A DNA stretch of 64,000 nucleotides from a virus (IMGVR_UViG_3300031857_000139:2066-66065), one strand, 5' to 3'. Shown: positions 30,195-40,832, counted from the stretch's first letter. Program-made: numbers and translations. The notes: generated by a model not told the origin, from the sequence alone.

Positions 30195-30773
30195 ATGAAA
30201 GGTGAGTGGTGTTATTTTAAGAATTATTTTACGCCTGAACAATGCGATAAAATATTACGAGATGGATTAGAACTGCCAGCACAAGACGCCAAACTTGGTG
30301 TCGCTGGCATGAGTGAATACAGCAATGATGATTACCGTAAATCTAAAATACGGTTCATTCAACAAGCAAATCATCCTCAGTTTTCATGGCTCTTCGATGA
30401 GCTATGGAAAATGGGTATGCAAGCCAATCGTGATTGGTTTAATTTTCATATTACCAATCTGTCTTTTGTTCAACTAGCCGAATACGATGAATCATATCAA
30501 GGTGAATACAAGAAACACCATGATGTGTTTTGGATTAACAATGATAATTACCATCGTAAACTCACCTGTGTAATTCAATTAACTGACCCATCTACATATG
30601 AAGGTGGTGATTTTGAGATGTATGATTTGAATGAAGGACCAAACAAAGAAGAACTACGCACACAAGGTACAGTAATCTTTTTGCCATCGTTTATTAATCA
30701 TGCGGCTTTACCAGTGACCAAAGGTACACGATATAGTTTGGCAGTATGGTTTGAGGGGCCAAAATGGGTATAA
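30195..30773 (+). CDS. 2OG-Fe(II) oxygenase (prolyl-4-hydroxylase/PKHD-like)
   Basis: H-x-D (KHHD), RKL..VIQL.DP..YEGG, FLPSF..H...PVTKGTRYSL..W give the HxD...H..RxS pattern. Confidence 0.92.
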   Translation: MKGEWCYFKNYFTPEQCDKILRDGLELPAQDAKLGVAGMSEYSNDDYRKSKIRFIQQANHPQFSWLFDELWKMGMQANRDWFNFHITNLSFVQLAEYDESYQGEYKKHHDVFWINNDNYHRKLTCVIQLTDPSTYEGGDFEMYDLNEGPNKEELRTQGTVIFLPSFINHAALPVTKGTRYSLAVWFEGPKWV

Positions 30774-31909
30774 AACATAGATACCATATTCTTGGCCTTC
30801 CTCACACAGTTACATCAAAAGAATACAATGCGTGTGCCTATACTCAGAAGGTCTATAAGTTTGGTAAGATGATGACGGCTCGTGGTCATGAAGTGATTCA
30901 CTATGGCCATGAAGAATCGGATTTACCATGCACAGAACACGTTACAGTTATCACTAATGATGACCTAAAGATTGCTTATGGTAACTATGACTGGCGTAAG
31001 AACTTCTTTAAGTTTGACACCAACGACCATGCATACAAAACATTTTATGCCAATGCAATTCGTGAAGTAGGTAAGCGTAAACAAAAGAATGATTTTATAT
31101 TACCTTTTTGGGGTGCAGGTACACGACCAGTTTGTGATGCACATCCAGATATGATTACTGTTGAACCAGGAATTGGGTATGCAGGTGGTCATTGGGCTCG
31201 ATTTAAAATCTTTGAATCTTATGCCATATACCACGCATACTATGGTTTAGAATCTGTTGGTACCTGTAAACAAGATTGGTACGACACGGTGATACCTAAC
31301 TATTTTGATCCAGAAGATTTTACATACAACGATAAGAAAGATGATTACTTTTTATTTCTAGGTCGTGTGTATGAAGGTAAAGGTGTAAACATAGCGGTAC
31401 AGGCTACCGAAGCCATTGGTGCCAAACTGATTATTGCCGGTCAGAATTCATTGAAACAAATGGGTTATACCAAAACACCAGCTCATGTTACCGAATTAGG
31501 ATATGCAGATGTGGAAACAAGGCGTAAACTAATGGCAAATGCCAAAGGTGCCTTTGTTGCTTCGTTATATACCGAACCTTTTGGAGGCGTTCAGGTCGAG
31601 TGTTTGTTCTCAGGTACACCCACGATAACAACGAATTGGGGTTCGTTCACGGAGAACAACATCCATGGTGTTACGGGGTATCGGTGCACCACCTTTGAAC
31701 AGTTCACATGGGCTGCCAAGAATATTGGTAATATTAAGCCAGAAGCCTGTAGGGACTTTGCACTAAATAACTTTAGTTTGGATGTGGTAGCACAGAAATA
31801 TGAGGAATATTTCCAATCGGTACTCAATGTATATAATGGTAATGGATGGTATGAAAAAAATGATACCCGTACCGAATTGAACTGGTTAAACAAATACATT
31901 CCGGCATAA
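30764..31909 (+). CDS. Glycosyltransferase, GT-B fold (GT4 family)
   Basis: VIPNYFD, FLFLGR...GKG..IA, EPFGGVQVE (EX7E) ..SGTP.IT...G...E...G.TG. Confidence 0.9.
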   Translation: MGIKHRYHILGLPHTVTSKEYNACAYTQKVYKFGKMMTARGHEVIHYGHEESDLPCTEHVTVITNDDLKIAYGNYDWRKNFFKFDTNDHAYKTFYANAIREVGKRKQKNDFILPFWGAGTRPVCDAHPDMITVEPGIGYAGGHWARFKIFESYAIYHAYYGLESVGTCKQDWYDTVIPNYFDPEDFTYNDKKDDYFLFLGRVYEGKGVNIAVQATEAIGAKLIIAGQNSLKQMGYTKTPAHVTELGYADVETRRKLMANAKGAFVASLYTEPFGGVQVECLFSGTPTITTNWGSFTENNIHGVTGYRCTTFEQFTWAAKNIGNIKPEACRDFALNNFSLDVVAQKYEEYFQSVLNVYNGNGWYEKNDTRTELNWLNKYIPA

Positions 31910-31912
31910 ATA
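31905..31912 (+). promoter_or_regulatory. Late promoter-like motif (CATAAATA)
   Basis: Overlaps the GT stop codon, upstream of the fibre array. Confidence 0.5.
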
Positions 31913-31942
31913 TAAAGATAAACCAACGGGGATATGTGAACC

Positions 31943-33094
31943 TTGGCAACAAATTCTAATTTCATAATCAAAAATGGCCTAACTGTAGGCTCAAATACTG
32001 TAATTGCCGCAAACGGTATGTGGGTTGGTGCGAACACCAATCTGATAGGTGCTACTGGCCTTACTGGTGCCACCGGTCCTACAGGACCAACAGGTGCGAC
32101 AGGTGTTGGTGCCACAGGTTCTACAGGTGTCATCGCACCGTGGGTCTACATCACAACCAATACCAATGCAGTAGCCAATTCTCAATACATCGCCAATACA
32201 GTAGGCGGTGCTTTCACTCTCACACTTCCAGCCAGTCCAGTTTTAGGTACCACAGTTATCGTAACTGATGGTGGTAATTGGGCTAATAATAATCTCACAA
32301 TCGGTCGTAATGGTAAGACGATTGAGGGAGATGCTTCTGATTTGATTTGTGATGTAGGTCAGACAACGATTCAGTTAATCTATGACAACATTACATGGCA
32401 GACCACGGCTACCATCGGTTCTCGTGGTGCCACCGGTATTACAGGAGCCACGGGTGCTCCGGCTGCATGGACATATATCACCGCCAATACAACAGCTGGT
32501 GCCAATACACAATACATCGCCAATACAAATGGTGGTGCGTTTACATTAACACTACCAGCCACACCAGTTACAGGTACCACAGTAACGATTACTGATGGTG
32601 GTAATTGGGGTGCCAATAATCTTACCGTAGCACGCAATGGTTCTACGATTGAAGGTGTTGTGGATGATGTATTACTCAATCTACCACAGACATTAGTATA
32701 CTTTATCTACACCAATAATACATGGCAGGTTGTTACGACAGCCGGTTCACAAGGTGCTACTGGTGCAACAGGTACAGCTGGTGCAAATGGTGCCACAGGC
32801 CCAACAGGTCCTACAGGACCTACAGGTCCTACCGGTCCGACAGGCCCAGCTGGCGCCACAGGTGTTACAGGACCAAGTGGGCCAACTGGTGCTACCGGTG
32901 TGGCTGGACCATCTACAATTTCTTCAGGAGTTTTGACACTTTCGACATCAACTCCTTTTGTTTTGTATGCAAATTCAATTACAGCAAACTATACGATACC
33001 AACAGGTTACAATGCATTAGTCGCTGGACCAATCACCATAAATACTGGCGTTGATGTCAATATTGCAAATGGTGCAGCTCTTGTAATTGTATAA
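31943..33094 (+). CDS. Collagen-like hub fibre 1 (FIIKNGL N-terminus, two gp9/gp10-like domains, C-terminal GP(I/V)T motif)
   Basis: TTG start. N-terminus nearly identical to 37137 and 43367. Two copies of [32 protein letters not shown]...W. G-x-T triplets. Confidence 0.8.
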   Translation: MATNSNFIIKNGLTVGSNTVIAANGMWVGANTNLIGATGLTGATGPTGPTGATGVGATGSTGVIAPWVYITTNTNAVANSQYIANTVGGAFTLTLPASPVLGTTVIVTDGGNWANNNLTIGRNGKTIEGDASDLICDVGQTTIQLIYDNITWQTTATIGSRGATGITGATGAPAAWTYITANTTAGANTQYIANTNGGAFTLTLPATPVTGTTVTITDGGNWGANNLTVARNGSTIEGVVDDVLLNLPQTLVYFIYTNNTWQVVTTAGSQGATGATGTAGANGATGPTGPTGPTGPTGPTGPAGATGVTGPSGPTGATGVAGPSTISSGVLTLSTSTPFVLYANSITANYTIPTGYNALVAGPITINTGVDVNIANGAALVIV

Positions 33095-33102
33095 GGATAA
33101 AA

Positions 33103-33492
33103 ATGGCCGGTAGATTAACTCTTAGCACACTCAATAACGATACAGGACCATTGGCTACTCAGAATGGCATGACTGGTATTGCTAAGGCATGGGCAACATT
33201 TAATAATAGTGGCACTATTTCTAGTTCATTTAATGTTTCAAGCATTACTGTAAACAATACAGGGTATTACACAGTTAATTTAACAACTGCTATGCCTAAT
33301 GCAAATTATTCAGCAATAGCAACGGCAACATCATCAACTGGTTCAAACGGAAATATTGTTGCAACTGTATTTACAGATACGGCTAGCACTAATATAGCGC
33401 CAACTACTACTACTTACACAATTCATACAGGCGTTTACGGTGTTGGAAGTTTTGCAACTAGATTTGTTTGCACCGCAGTATTTGCTTCATAA
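33103..33492 (+). CDS. Fibre head protein, family A
   Basis: AKAW..F....I.SS.NVSS.......Y.VN...AM..ANY, shared with 33502, 35041 and 51868. Confidence 0.7.
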   Translation: MAGRLTLSTLNNDTGPLATQNGMTGIAKAWATFNNSGTISSSFNVSSITVNNTGYYTVNLTTAMPNANYSAIATATSSTGSNGNIVATVFTDTASTNIAPTTTTYTIHTGVYGVGSFATRFVCTAVFAS

Positions 33493-33501
33493 GGATAAAT
33501 C

Positions 33502-33891
33502 GTGGCAGGCTCACTAACACTCTCGACACTTTCTGATGGCACTAATAGCACAAATGCCACAGATGTTATTCGTGGTTCTGCAAGAGCATGGGTGAACTAT
33601 AATGCTGTATCACAAAGCATTCGTGGTTCATATAATGTAAGTTCTGTAGTTATTAATGGCACCGGAGATATTAGTGTAAATTTTACTACCGCCATGGCTG
33701 ATACCAATTATTCTTGGTTTATTTCTCAGCAATTAAATGGTACAGGAAATAATGATCCAGGAGCAGCCAGCACAGCAAGAAATTTAGGAACAGGTTCTTG
33801 GGCATCCAATTCTATAAGAATTAATGTTATGTCTAATACAAATCTTAGCCAAGAAAATCCATTAGTTTTAACAGTTGTAATATTCAGATAA
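33502..33891 (+). CDS. Fibre head protein, family A
   Basis: GTG start with SD AAGGA. ARAWVNY....I.GSYNVSS....GTGD..VNFTTAM.D.NY. Confidence 0.7.
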   Translation: MAGSLTLSTLSDGTNSTNATDVIRGSARAWVNYNAVSQSIRGSYNVSSVVINGTGDISVNFTTAMADTNYSWFISQQLNGTGNNDPGAASTARNLGTGSWASNSIRINVMSNTNLSQENPLVLTVVIFR

Positions 33892-33910
33892 TTTTTTAAA
33901 GGAAACAAAA

Positions 33911-34327
33911 ATGAGTCAGGTAATTATTTTTAGAAATGATAATGGTGGTGTGGCTACCTGTATTCCAACAGGTGAACTCTCCATCGAAGCAGTATTAGAA
34001 AAAGATGTGCCAAAAGGCCGTGGTGGTCGTATTGTCGAGCAGACATCTTTACCAAATCAATACAATGATTTCTATGATGCTTGGGAGATGGATTCTACCA
34101 GCGTTACAGTTAATCTTACAAAGGCCAAAGAGTTAACCAAAACTCGTTTGCGTTTAGAGCGAGCACCTTTATTGGCCGCACAAGATGTATTGTTTCAAAG
34201 AGCTCAAGAAGCCAATGCAGATACAACAGCAATCGTAGCAGAAAAAAATCGTCTGCGTGATATTACTGATTTGGCTGATGCAGCTACCACACTAGAACAA
34301 CTCAGAGCATTGAAAGCAGAAGCCTAA
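33911..34327 (+). CDS. Fibre assembly/chaperone-like partner of family A heads
   Basis: KDVP.G, RAPLL.AQDV.FQRA.E, EKNRLRDIT (Tfa-like LRD motif). Equals 53020 plus 53271 fused. Confidence 0.65.
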   Translation: MSQVIIFRNDNGGVATCIPTGELSIEAVLEKDVPKGRGGRIVEQTSLPNQYNDFYDAWEMDSTSVTVNLTKAKELTKTRLRLERAPLLAAQDVLFQRAQEANADTTAIVAEKNRLRDITDLADAATTLEQLRALKAEA

Positions 34328-34328
34328 T

Positions 34329-34769
34329 ATGTCAGTAACTATTTCGGGTAATAGTAATATTGTTTTGCAAGTGGTTCAAGGAACAATATCGGGGCAAGGT
34401 TCAACTACATCTACAAGTTATACAGATACAGGATTGACTGTTTCTATTACTCCAACAAGTTCTTCTAGCAAAGTGTTAGTTTTAGTTAATTTAAATGGAT
34501 GTTTAACATTAAATGGAAGCACTGCAATGTTAGTAGATTTATTAAGAGGAAGCACTAGCGTTTGTAAATTTGGCGAAGCTGGGTTAAATGGCGGAACAAA
34601 TAGAAATGATTTTGGAGATTTTGCTGTATCTTTTTTAGATTCACCAGCAACAACTTCTTCAACCACTTATAAAGTTCAAGCAAAATCTAGTGGCGGCGGT
34701 CAAGTGTATTGGTGCAATCAAACTAATAATTCAATTTCTACAATTACAGTATTGGAGATTGCAGCATGA
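34329..34769 (+). CDS. Fibre head protein, family C
   Basis: VLQVV...S.SY.DTGL..SITPTS.SSK.LV...DSP.TTS..TY..Q...STIT..EIAA. Confidence 0.7.
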   Translation: MSVTISGNSNIVLQVVQGTISGQGSTTSTSYTDTGLTVSITPTSSSSKVLVLVNLNGCLTLNGSTAMLVDLLRGSTSVCKFGEAGLNGGTNRNDFGDFAVSFLDSPATTSSTTYKVQAKSSGGGQVYWCNQTNNSISTITVLEIAA

Positions 34770-35035
34770 ACCACGAAGCTATTTACAAATTAAATCCTTC
34801 TGTTGTAACCATTCGTGGTGATGTTGCTTATGATAAAGATGATGTTGAAGTTGCATACAATAAAGACGCTGTGCAAGATTATGTGAATGCTCATGATTAT
34901 ATTGCTAAGAGAGCATCAGAATACCCACCCATCACGGACTACCTTGATGGTATTGTAAAAGGTGATACAGAACAAGTGCAGGCTTACATTGATGCCTGTC
35001 TGGCCGTCAAAGCTAAATATCCAAAACCAGAATAA
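34766..35035 (+). CDS. Small partner of family C heads (family D)
   Basis: Y...R..EYP.I...LD...AVK.KYPK. ATGA overlap with the head gene. Confidence 0.7.
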   Translation: MNHEAIYKLNPSVVTIRGDVAYDKDDVEVAYNKDAVQDYVNAHDYIAKRASEYPPITDYLDGIVKGDTEQVQAYIDACLAVKAKYPKPE

Positions 35036-35040
35036 ATTAA

Positions 35041-36105
35041 ATGCCAATAACACAAAGTTCAATCGCTAGTAATGTAATCTCAGGTGCAACAGGCCTGACA
35101 GGACCTACTGGCCCTACAGGACCAAATGGACCAACTGGCGCAACAGGTCCTACAGGTCCTACTGGACCAAATGGACCTACGGGACCTACCGGTGCTACTG
35201 GTGGTACACCGTGGTTGTTAAATGGAACAAGTGCTTATTATAATTCAGGTAGTGTTGGAATTGGTACTTCTACTCCTAATGATAAATTAGATGTAAACGG
35301 CACAGACGCTTTTGTTCGAATTGATAGGTCTAATGGTGAGCCGGGAATTACCATGAGGTATGCTGGTTCAACAACCAATCGTGGTGACATTCTTCTTACT
35401 ACTGGTGGTGCAATGTATTTTACTTCTGGTGGCACCACAGAACGGATGCGTATTGACTCTAGTGGGAACGTAGGTATTGGTACCACTACCGCTGGCGGTG
35501 CAAGATTACAGTTATTCATAAACAAGTCTAATACAACAACGACTGATATGACGGATAACTCAACCTTAAGCCTTGCCAACTCTGGTACAGGTAACGGTGT
35601 GTTTAACTGTATTAAATTTGCTGCTAATCAGCAGGATATGTTTATTTCTTCATTTAATAACAATACCCAAGCAAATAGAAGAATTGGTTTTTTTGTTGGT
35701 AGCGTAGCTGGTAATGCTACAACTGATGAACAAGTAAGTATTTACGGTAATGGTAACTTTGCCTTTAACTCAGGCTATGGTTCAACAGCTGTTGCATATG
35801 GCTGTCGTGCATGGGTAATGTTTAATGGTACGAATGGAGCTATCAGCGCTTCTGGAAATATAAGTTATGTTACTAGAAACGGAACAGGCGATTACACAAT
35901 AGGATTCTCTAACGGTATGCCAGATGGTGCTTATGTAATTTCAGGAATGTTAAAACCAACATCTGGCCAAGCAGGTAATAATTCAAGGTCTGTAAATATT
36001 GCATACGATACAACTCCATCTACCTCTTCATTTAGAGTTAGAACTGCAACTTCTAGTGCTGGTTATGAGGATCCTCAGTATGTTTATTTAACTGTTCACA
36101 GATAA
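35041..36105 (+). CDS. Collagen-stalked fibre with family A head
   Basis: MP....S..ISGATG N-terminus, GPT triplets, [15 protein letters not shown] repeats, [19 protein letters not shown] head. Confidence 0.78.
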   Translation: MPITQSSIASNVISGATGLTGPTGPTGPNGPTGATGPTGPTGPNGPTGPTGATGGTPWLLNGTSAYYNSGSVGIGTSTPNDKLDVNGTDAFVRIDRSNGEPGITMRYAGSTTNRGDILLTTGGAMYFTSGGTTERMRIDSSGNVGIGTTTAGGARLQLFINKSNTTTTDMTDNSTLSLANSGTGNGVFNCIKFAANQQDMFISSFNNNTQANRRIGFFVGSVAGNATTDEQVSIYGNGNFAFNSGYGSTAVAYGCRAWVMFNGTNGAISASGNISYVTRNGTGDYTIGFSNGMPDGAYVISGMLKPTSGQAGNNSRSVNIAYDTTPSTSSFRVRTATSSAGYEDPQYVYLTVHR

Positions 36106-36112
36106 AAAATAA

Positions 36113-36823
36113 ATGCCAAATTTAAGTAATCTAATCTCGTCAGCTATCTCAGGTGCCACAGGTGCGGTGGGTCCTACAGGACCAACAGGACCAAATGGCG
36201 CTACAGGTATTACTGGTTCTACAGGCCCAACAGGACCAGGTGGTCCAACAGGACCAGTAGGTGCAACAGGATTAACTGGCGGTCAAGGTGCCACAGGTGT
36301 TACAGGTCCTACAGGACCAGGTGGTCCAACAGGACCTACGGGGCCAATTGGTGCTACAGGTGTTACAGGAACAGGTGCAGTTAAACAAGTTGTAAGTGTT
36401 ACAAAACAAGATCCTTTCACAACAACAAATACAGGTTACATTGATATTACTGGCATGGCTGCAACAATTACACCAACAAGTGCAACAAGTAAAATATTAG
36501 TTTCTGTTCAATTAAGTCTTGCTGGTACAAACAATACCTATCATTGTTATATACGATTAAATAGAAATGGTTCCAATATTTCAGGAAGTAATGGAACATG
36601 GAGTACCAATTTATCCATGATGCATAAAAATATTAACGACTCTCGTGATTTGGATACTCATGCAATGAATTATTTGGATTCTCCTGGAACAACTTCTGCT
36701 GTTACATATCAATTACAAATAGCTGTTCAAGGAAATACATTTTTTGTAAATCGTGGTGGTAATACTGAAAGTTTTTCAGCTTCAAATATTTCCACAATTA
36801 CACTTATGGAGATTGCAGCATGA
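36113..36823 (+). CDS. Collagen-stalked fibre with family C head
   Basis: [20 protein letters not shown] triplets, VKQVV...[12 protein letters not shown]...DSPGTTS..TY...TITLMEIAA. Confidence 0.78.
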   Translation: MPNLSNLISSAISGATGAVGPTGPTGPNGATGITGSTGPTGPGGPTGPVGATGLTGGQGATGVTGPTGPGGPTGPTGPIGATGVTGTGAVKQVVSVTKQDPFTTTNTGYIDITGMAATITPTSATSKILVSVQLSLAGTNNTYHCYIRLNRNGSNISGSNGTWSTNLSMMHKNINDSRDLDTHAMNYLDSPGTTSAVTYQLQIAVQGNTFFVNRGGNTESFSASNISTITLMEIAA

Positions 36824-37131
36824 TTTCTGATGCAATATTATCTCTTAGACCTGGCGCCAAATGGAGCATCAATGGTGAAGATTATGACCAATTGGTTTGG
36901 GCAGATACAGAACAAACCAAACCAACCAAATCTGAAGTTATGGTTGAAGTTGAGCGATTAAAAATTGAAGTAGAAAGAAACAAATATCAAAATCAAAGAT
37001 ACTATGAGTATCCATCAGTTCGTGAGCAACTTGATGCATTGTATCACGATATTAAAACAGGTAACTTGGAATCAGGCACATGGATTGCAGCAATCGAAGC
37101 CGTTAAAGAAAAATATCCTAAACCAGAATAA
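36820..37131 (+). CDS. Family D partner protein
   Basis: [17 protein letters not shown]...[14 protein letters not shown] overlap. Confidence 0.7.
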   Translation: MISDAILSLRPGAKWSINGEDYDQLVWADTEQTKPTKSEVMVEVERLKIEVERNKYQNQRYYEYPSVREQLDALYHDIKTGNLESGTWIAAIEAVKEKYPKPE

Positions 37132-37136
37132 ATTAA

Positions 37137-37988
37137 ATGGCAACCAATTCTAACTTTATAATCAAGAATGGCCTCACAGTAGGCTCCAATACCGTTATTG
37201 CTGCCAATGGTATGTGGGTTGGTGCCAATACAAATCTTGTAGGCGCCACAGGTCCTACAGGTCCCACCGGTCCAACAGGACCACAAGGTGCAACAGGACT
37301 GGGTGCAACAGGTGCCACAGGTATCATTGCACCATGGATTGTTATCTCTGCAAATACAAATCTCATAGCGAATACTCAGTATCTTGCTAACACACAAGGC
37401 GGTGCATTTACAGCCACACTACCTGCCACACCATCGATTGGTACGATTGAAGTATTACAAGATTCTAGTGGTACATGGGGTAATAATAATTTAACGATTG
37501 CTCGTAATGGTTCACTTATTGAAGGTGTTGCAGATGATTTAATCTTAAACATCGGTAGCTCATTAGTATATTTGATATACGATGGTACTTCATGGCAGTT
37601 ATCATCAACCGCAGGTCCAGCCGGTGCAACAGGTGCCACAGGACCACAAGGTGCTACTGGTGCTGGTGCAACAGGTGCTACGGGTGTTTCTGGTCCAATC
37701 GGACCAGGAGGTCCTGCCGGCCCATCAGGACCTACAGGCCCAACTGGTGCAACAGGTCTTACAGGACCAACAGGACCATCAGGTACAGCAGGTGCAACTG
37801 GTGTTACAGGACCAATTGGTGCCACAGGAACTACAGTAACGGATAACGGAATCATTGTGCAAGGTGCCACGATATCATCAAATGTAACTATTCTATCAGG
37901 CAACAATGCGTTCTCAGTTGGACCAATCACACAAGCAAATAATGTTGTGGTGACATTGGGTGATAATTCTCGTTGGATAGTAATTTAA
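37137..37988 (+). CDS. Collagen-like hub fibre 2 (FIIKNGL N-terminus, one gp9/gp10-like domain, C-terminal GPIT motif)
   Basis: Paralog of 31943. Ends [16 protein letters not shown]...V.V......RWIVI. Confidence 0.8.
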   Translation: MATNSNFIIKNGLTVGSNTVIAANGMWVGANTNLVGATGPTGPTGPTGPQGATGLGATGATGIIAPWIVISANTNLIANTQYLANTQGGAFTATLPATPSIGTIEVLQDSSGTWGNNNLTIARNGSLIEGVADDLILNIGSSLVYLIYDGTSWQLSSTAGPAGATGATGPQGATGAGATGATGVSGPIGPGGPAGPSGPTGPTGATGLTGPTGPSGTAGATGVTGPIGATGTTVTDNGIIVQGATISSNVTILSGNNAFSVGPITQANNVVVTLGDNSRWIVI

Positions 37989-37997
37989 GGAATAACA

Positions 37998-38801
37998 ATG
38001 ACAATTATATTTGACGGTACACAAGGAATCACAACGCCAGCTGAAACAGCAAACAATTCAGTTACTACTCCTGTGGTTAAATCAGGTTCAGCATTGACAT
38101 TGCAAACCAATGGTAGCACAACAGCAGTAACGATTGACACAAGCCAGAATGTGGGTATTGGTACTGTAAGTCCACAAATGAGAGTAGATGTAAATGGTGG
38201 TGTTAGAGTTCAGAGTATTACTAATCCAACATCCGGTTCAGGAATGGAATTAGCTTACGATGGCACACAAGGTATTATTCAAGCATATTCAAATAGAACA
38301 ACTTTGGCTTCGGTACCGGTATATCTTGTAACTGGCCAACTCAAATTTCCTCCTACACAAAATCCTTCAAGCGATGCGAATACACTCGATGATTATGAAG
38401 AAGGGACTTGGACACCAGTGCTAGCTGCTAGCAATTCTGGTCCTACTGTAACTTATACAGTTCAACAAGGCAGATATACAAAAATTGGTAGAACTGTTTT
38501 TATTGAATGTTATTTAAGGCTTACATCTTATTCTGGTGGTTCAGGTAATGCAAAAGTTGGAGGATTACCATTTACTTCCGCTGGGCAACCTTATGGTTAC
38601 ATGGTAGTGGGTGAAAATACCGGAATTACTGTAAGTGGAACATATTATACTTTACAAGGTGGTGTGGATGCCAGCGGAACAACAGTTACTTTGCTTAAAG
38701 CAGCGCCAAACGCAGCTACTACAGCTGTTAATTTAACAGAAATTGGTTCATCAACAACCGTATATCTTATTTTTTCTGGAACTTATACTGCATCAGCTTA
38801 A
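37998..38801 (+). CDS. Fibre head protein, family E
   Basis: FP.TQ..S.DANTLDDYEEGTWTP...GRYTKIGR.V...GGLPF. Confidence 0.72.
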   Translation: MTIIFDGTQGITTPAETANNSVTTPVVKSGSALTLQTNGSTTAVTIDTSQNVGIGTVSPQMRVDVNGGVRVQSITNPTSGSGMELAYDGTQGIIQAYSNRTTLASVPVYLVTGQLKFPPTQNPSSDANTLDDYEEGTWTPVLAASNSGPTVTYTVQQGRYTKIGRTVFIECYLRLTSYSGGSGNAKVGGLPFTSAGQPYGYMVVGENTGITVSGTYYTLQGGVDASGTTVTLLKAAPNAATTAVNLTEIGSSTTVYLIFSGTYTASA

Positions 38802-38821
38802 CTAGACCAGATTAGTCTAGT
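38801..38821 (+). promoter_or_regulatory. Intergenic hairpin upstream of the SD of 38847
   Basis: ACTAGAC (38801-38807) pairs with GTCTAGT (38815-38821), 7-nt loop. Confidence 0.45.
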
Positions 38822-38846
38822 CGGATTTTTAAAAAGGAGAATTAAA

Positions 38847-39098
38847 ATGGCATTAACAAAAGAAATCGCAGTAGACCAAATCACCGTGGTAGAAAACGGT
38901 ATCGTATTGTATCGTGAAGCAACCACAATCAAAGAAGATGGTGAAGAAATTTCCAAAAAATATCACCGCACTTCACTTACACCTGGCCAAAACCTTACAG
39001 GCCAACCAGAAAAAGTGGTGGCCATTTGCAATGTTGCATGGACACCAGAAGTGATTGCAGCCTATGAGGCACAATTAGAAGCTAACCGAACAGTCTAA
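38847..39098 (+). CDS. Small partner of family E heads
   Basis: Strong SD AAGGAG. LTK....DQI.V.ENG....R..T.I..DG.EIS..YHR..L.PG....V.AIC...WT.EVI.AY. Confidence 0.7.
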   Translation: MALTKEIAVDQITVVENGIVLYREATTIKEDGEEISKKYHRTSLTPGQNLTGQPEKVVAICNVAWTPEVIAAYEAQLEANRTV

Positions 39099-39104
39099 TA
39101 AATA
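39097..39104 (+). promoter_or_regulatory. Late promoter-like motif (AATAAATA)
   Basis: Intergenic, 7 nt before ATG 39112. Confidence 0.45.
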
Positions 39105-39111
39105 ATCCACT

Positions 39112-39936
39112 ATGAGTATTATATCCGCAGGCACAAGCAATACAAGCACTCTCGTATACACAGGTGATACGACAGGTGCAATGGTGTTCCAAACTAATGG
39201 AACTACCGAGGCTATGCGGATTACTTCTGCTGGTCTTGTTGGAATTGGAACATCTAATCCTAGCAGTAATGTAACTGTTAGCGGAACAGGAACAGTAATT
39301 CAATCTATAATATCCACAAGCGGTACAGGTAAAAAATGGGATTTAATGTCCCATACTGATGGTAGATTTTTAGTTAGGCAAGGTACAATTGGTTATGCAC
39401 CAATGGAAATTGATCCAACAACATACACCGTTGGATTTAATGGAACTTCACCATCTTTAATCATTCAAGGTGGCATTCAATTTCCGTCTACTCAGGTATC
39501 TTCAGCTGATGTAAACACATTAGATGATTATGAAGAAGGAACTTGGACACCAGCTTTTAGTGGATCATCATCAAATCCAACTGTTTCATATAATTTTAGA
39601 CTTGGAACTTATGTAAAGGTTGGTCGCTTAGTTACATTGAATGGTCATTTAAGAACATCATCCGTAAGCGGTGGTAGTGGGGATGTTTTAATTACTGGAT
39701 TACCTTTTGCAGTAGATAATACAAGTAATTACACAACTGTTGGTGTGTGTTATATGTTTAACACATCAACAGGTAAATACCCTTACTATGTCCGTTTGGA
39801 CAATGGCGGTACTTCTCTTTCCCTTTATTATGGAAGTGGAACTGCTCAATCTACATCATTTGTTGTTTCTGATTTAGGTGCAAGTGCATTTAATAATGAA
39901 ACAGCATTTACTATAAATTATTTAGCATCTGCTTAA
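39112..39936 (+). CDS. Fibre head protein, family E
   Basis: EAMRITSAG.VGIGT, then FPSTQVSSADVNTLDDYEEGTWTP...GTYVKVGR.V...TGLPF. Confidence 0.72.
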   Translation: MSIISAGTSNTSTLVYTGDTTGAMVFQTNGTTEAMRITSAGLVGIGTSNPSSNVTVSGTGTVIQSIISTSGTGKKWDLMSHTDGRFLVRQGTIGYAPMEIDPTTYTVGFNGTSPSLIIQGGIQFPSTQVSSADVNTLDDYEEGTWTPAFSGSSSNPTVSYNFRLGTYVKVGRLVTLNGHLRTSSVSGGSGDVLITGLPFAVDNTSNYTTVGVCYMFNTSTGKYPYYVRLDNGGTSLSLYYGSGTAQSTSFVVSDLGASAFNNETAFTINYLASA

Positions 39937-39952
39937 AGGTAAAAAAAATTAA

Positions 39953-40273
39953 ATGCCAGCGATTATAAATGCAGACAATGGGATAGCATCAGGTTCAGTA
40001 GGACTTAAATACTCCTCTGACAATAGCGGTGTATTGGCTTTACAATCAAACAATAATACATTGGTCGCTATTAGCAATACCAATGTATCGATGACAACCA
40101 ATACGAGTGCTACCACAGTTACAGCAACGAATGGATTGTTCTTAAATTCCAACACCATAAATACAAGTTATACGATACCTGATGGTTACAATGCAGGATC
40201 TTTTGGGCCAGTTTCAGTAGCAAACAATGCTATTGTTACAGTATCTAACACAGCCGTATGGACGATAGTATAA
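39953..40273 (+). CDS. Short branching adaptor with C-terminal GP(V)S/T motif
   Basis: Ends TINTSYTIPDGYNAGSFGPVSV....VTV....VWTIV, paralogous to the ends of 31943, 37137 and 49651. Confidence 0.7.
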   Translation: MPAIINADNGIASGSVGLKYSSDNSGVLALQSNNNTLVAISNTNVSMTTNTSATTVTATNGLFLNSNTINTSYTIPDGYNAGSFGPVSVANNAIVTVSNTAVWTIV

Positions 40274-40274
40274 A

Positions 40275-40832
40275 ATGACAGTTAAGATTGATGGAATAGC
40301 CGGACTTACCTTTGCTGACAATTCTACACAGAATGTCACGGCTCTCAACGCATCTAATATTACCGCTGGTACATTAGGCAGGGGAAGAATGTTTGCTGGT
40401 GCCGTGTTACAAGTTGTATCAACACAAGTAGTTGGATCTTTTAATACAAGTAGCTCAAGTTATGTTCACGCCACTAATCAATCTATTAGTATAACAAGCA
40501 CGATAGCCAATAGTAAATTTTTAGTAATGGATTTTACTCCGGTTCAATTGGGTGATTCAGATGTTCAAGCATCAACAACATTAAGGTCAAGTGTAGATAG
40601 CTACGTATCAGACTTATGCGAGCATTTACACGTTGGTTATAGTACCGCAAATGACGGATGGAGAATGACTGCTCCTCTCACGGTGCTACATTCTCCATCA
40701 CAACCAGCGTCTACTACAATTACATACAGAGCATATGTAAAAAGATATACCGGATCGGATGGTGTTTATTATCCAGATCCATGGGGTCGAGCTTTTGCTT
40801 TTGGATTTTATGTAATGGAAATTGCACCATGA
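40275..40832 (+). CDS. Fibre head protein, family C (divergent)
   Basis: AVLQVVS...S.SYV....SIT....NSKFLV...HSP.....ITY...MEIAP. Confidence 0.68.
   Translation: MTVKIDGIAGLTFADNSTQNVTALNASNITAGTLGRGRMFAGAVLQVVSTQVVGSFNTSSSSYVHATNQSISITSTIANSKFLVMDFTPVQLGDSDVQASTTLRSSVDSYVSDLCEHLHVGYSTANDGWRMTAPLTVLHSPSQPASTTITYRAYVKRYTGSDGVYYPDPWGRAFAFGFYVMEIAP

Noticed and set aside
32020-33054. Alternative-frame Cys/Arg/Trp-rich or Val/Leu/Gln-rich ORFs on the + strand (e.g. 32020, 32722, 32730, 37582, 37592, 43470)
   Set aside because: Frame-shifted readings of low-complexity GGN-CCN-ACN repeats that lack stops by composition. No SD or protein-like features.
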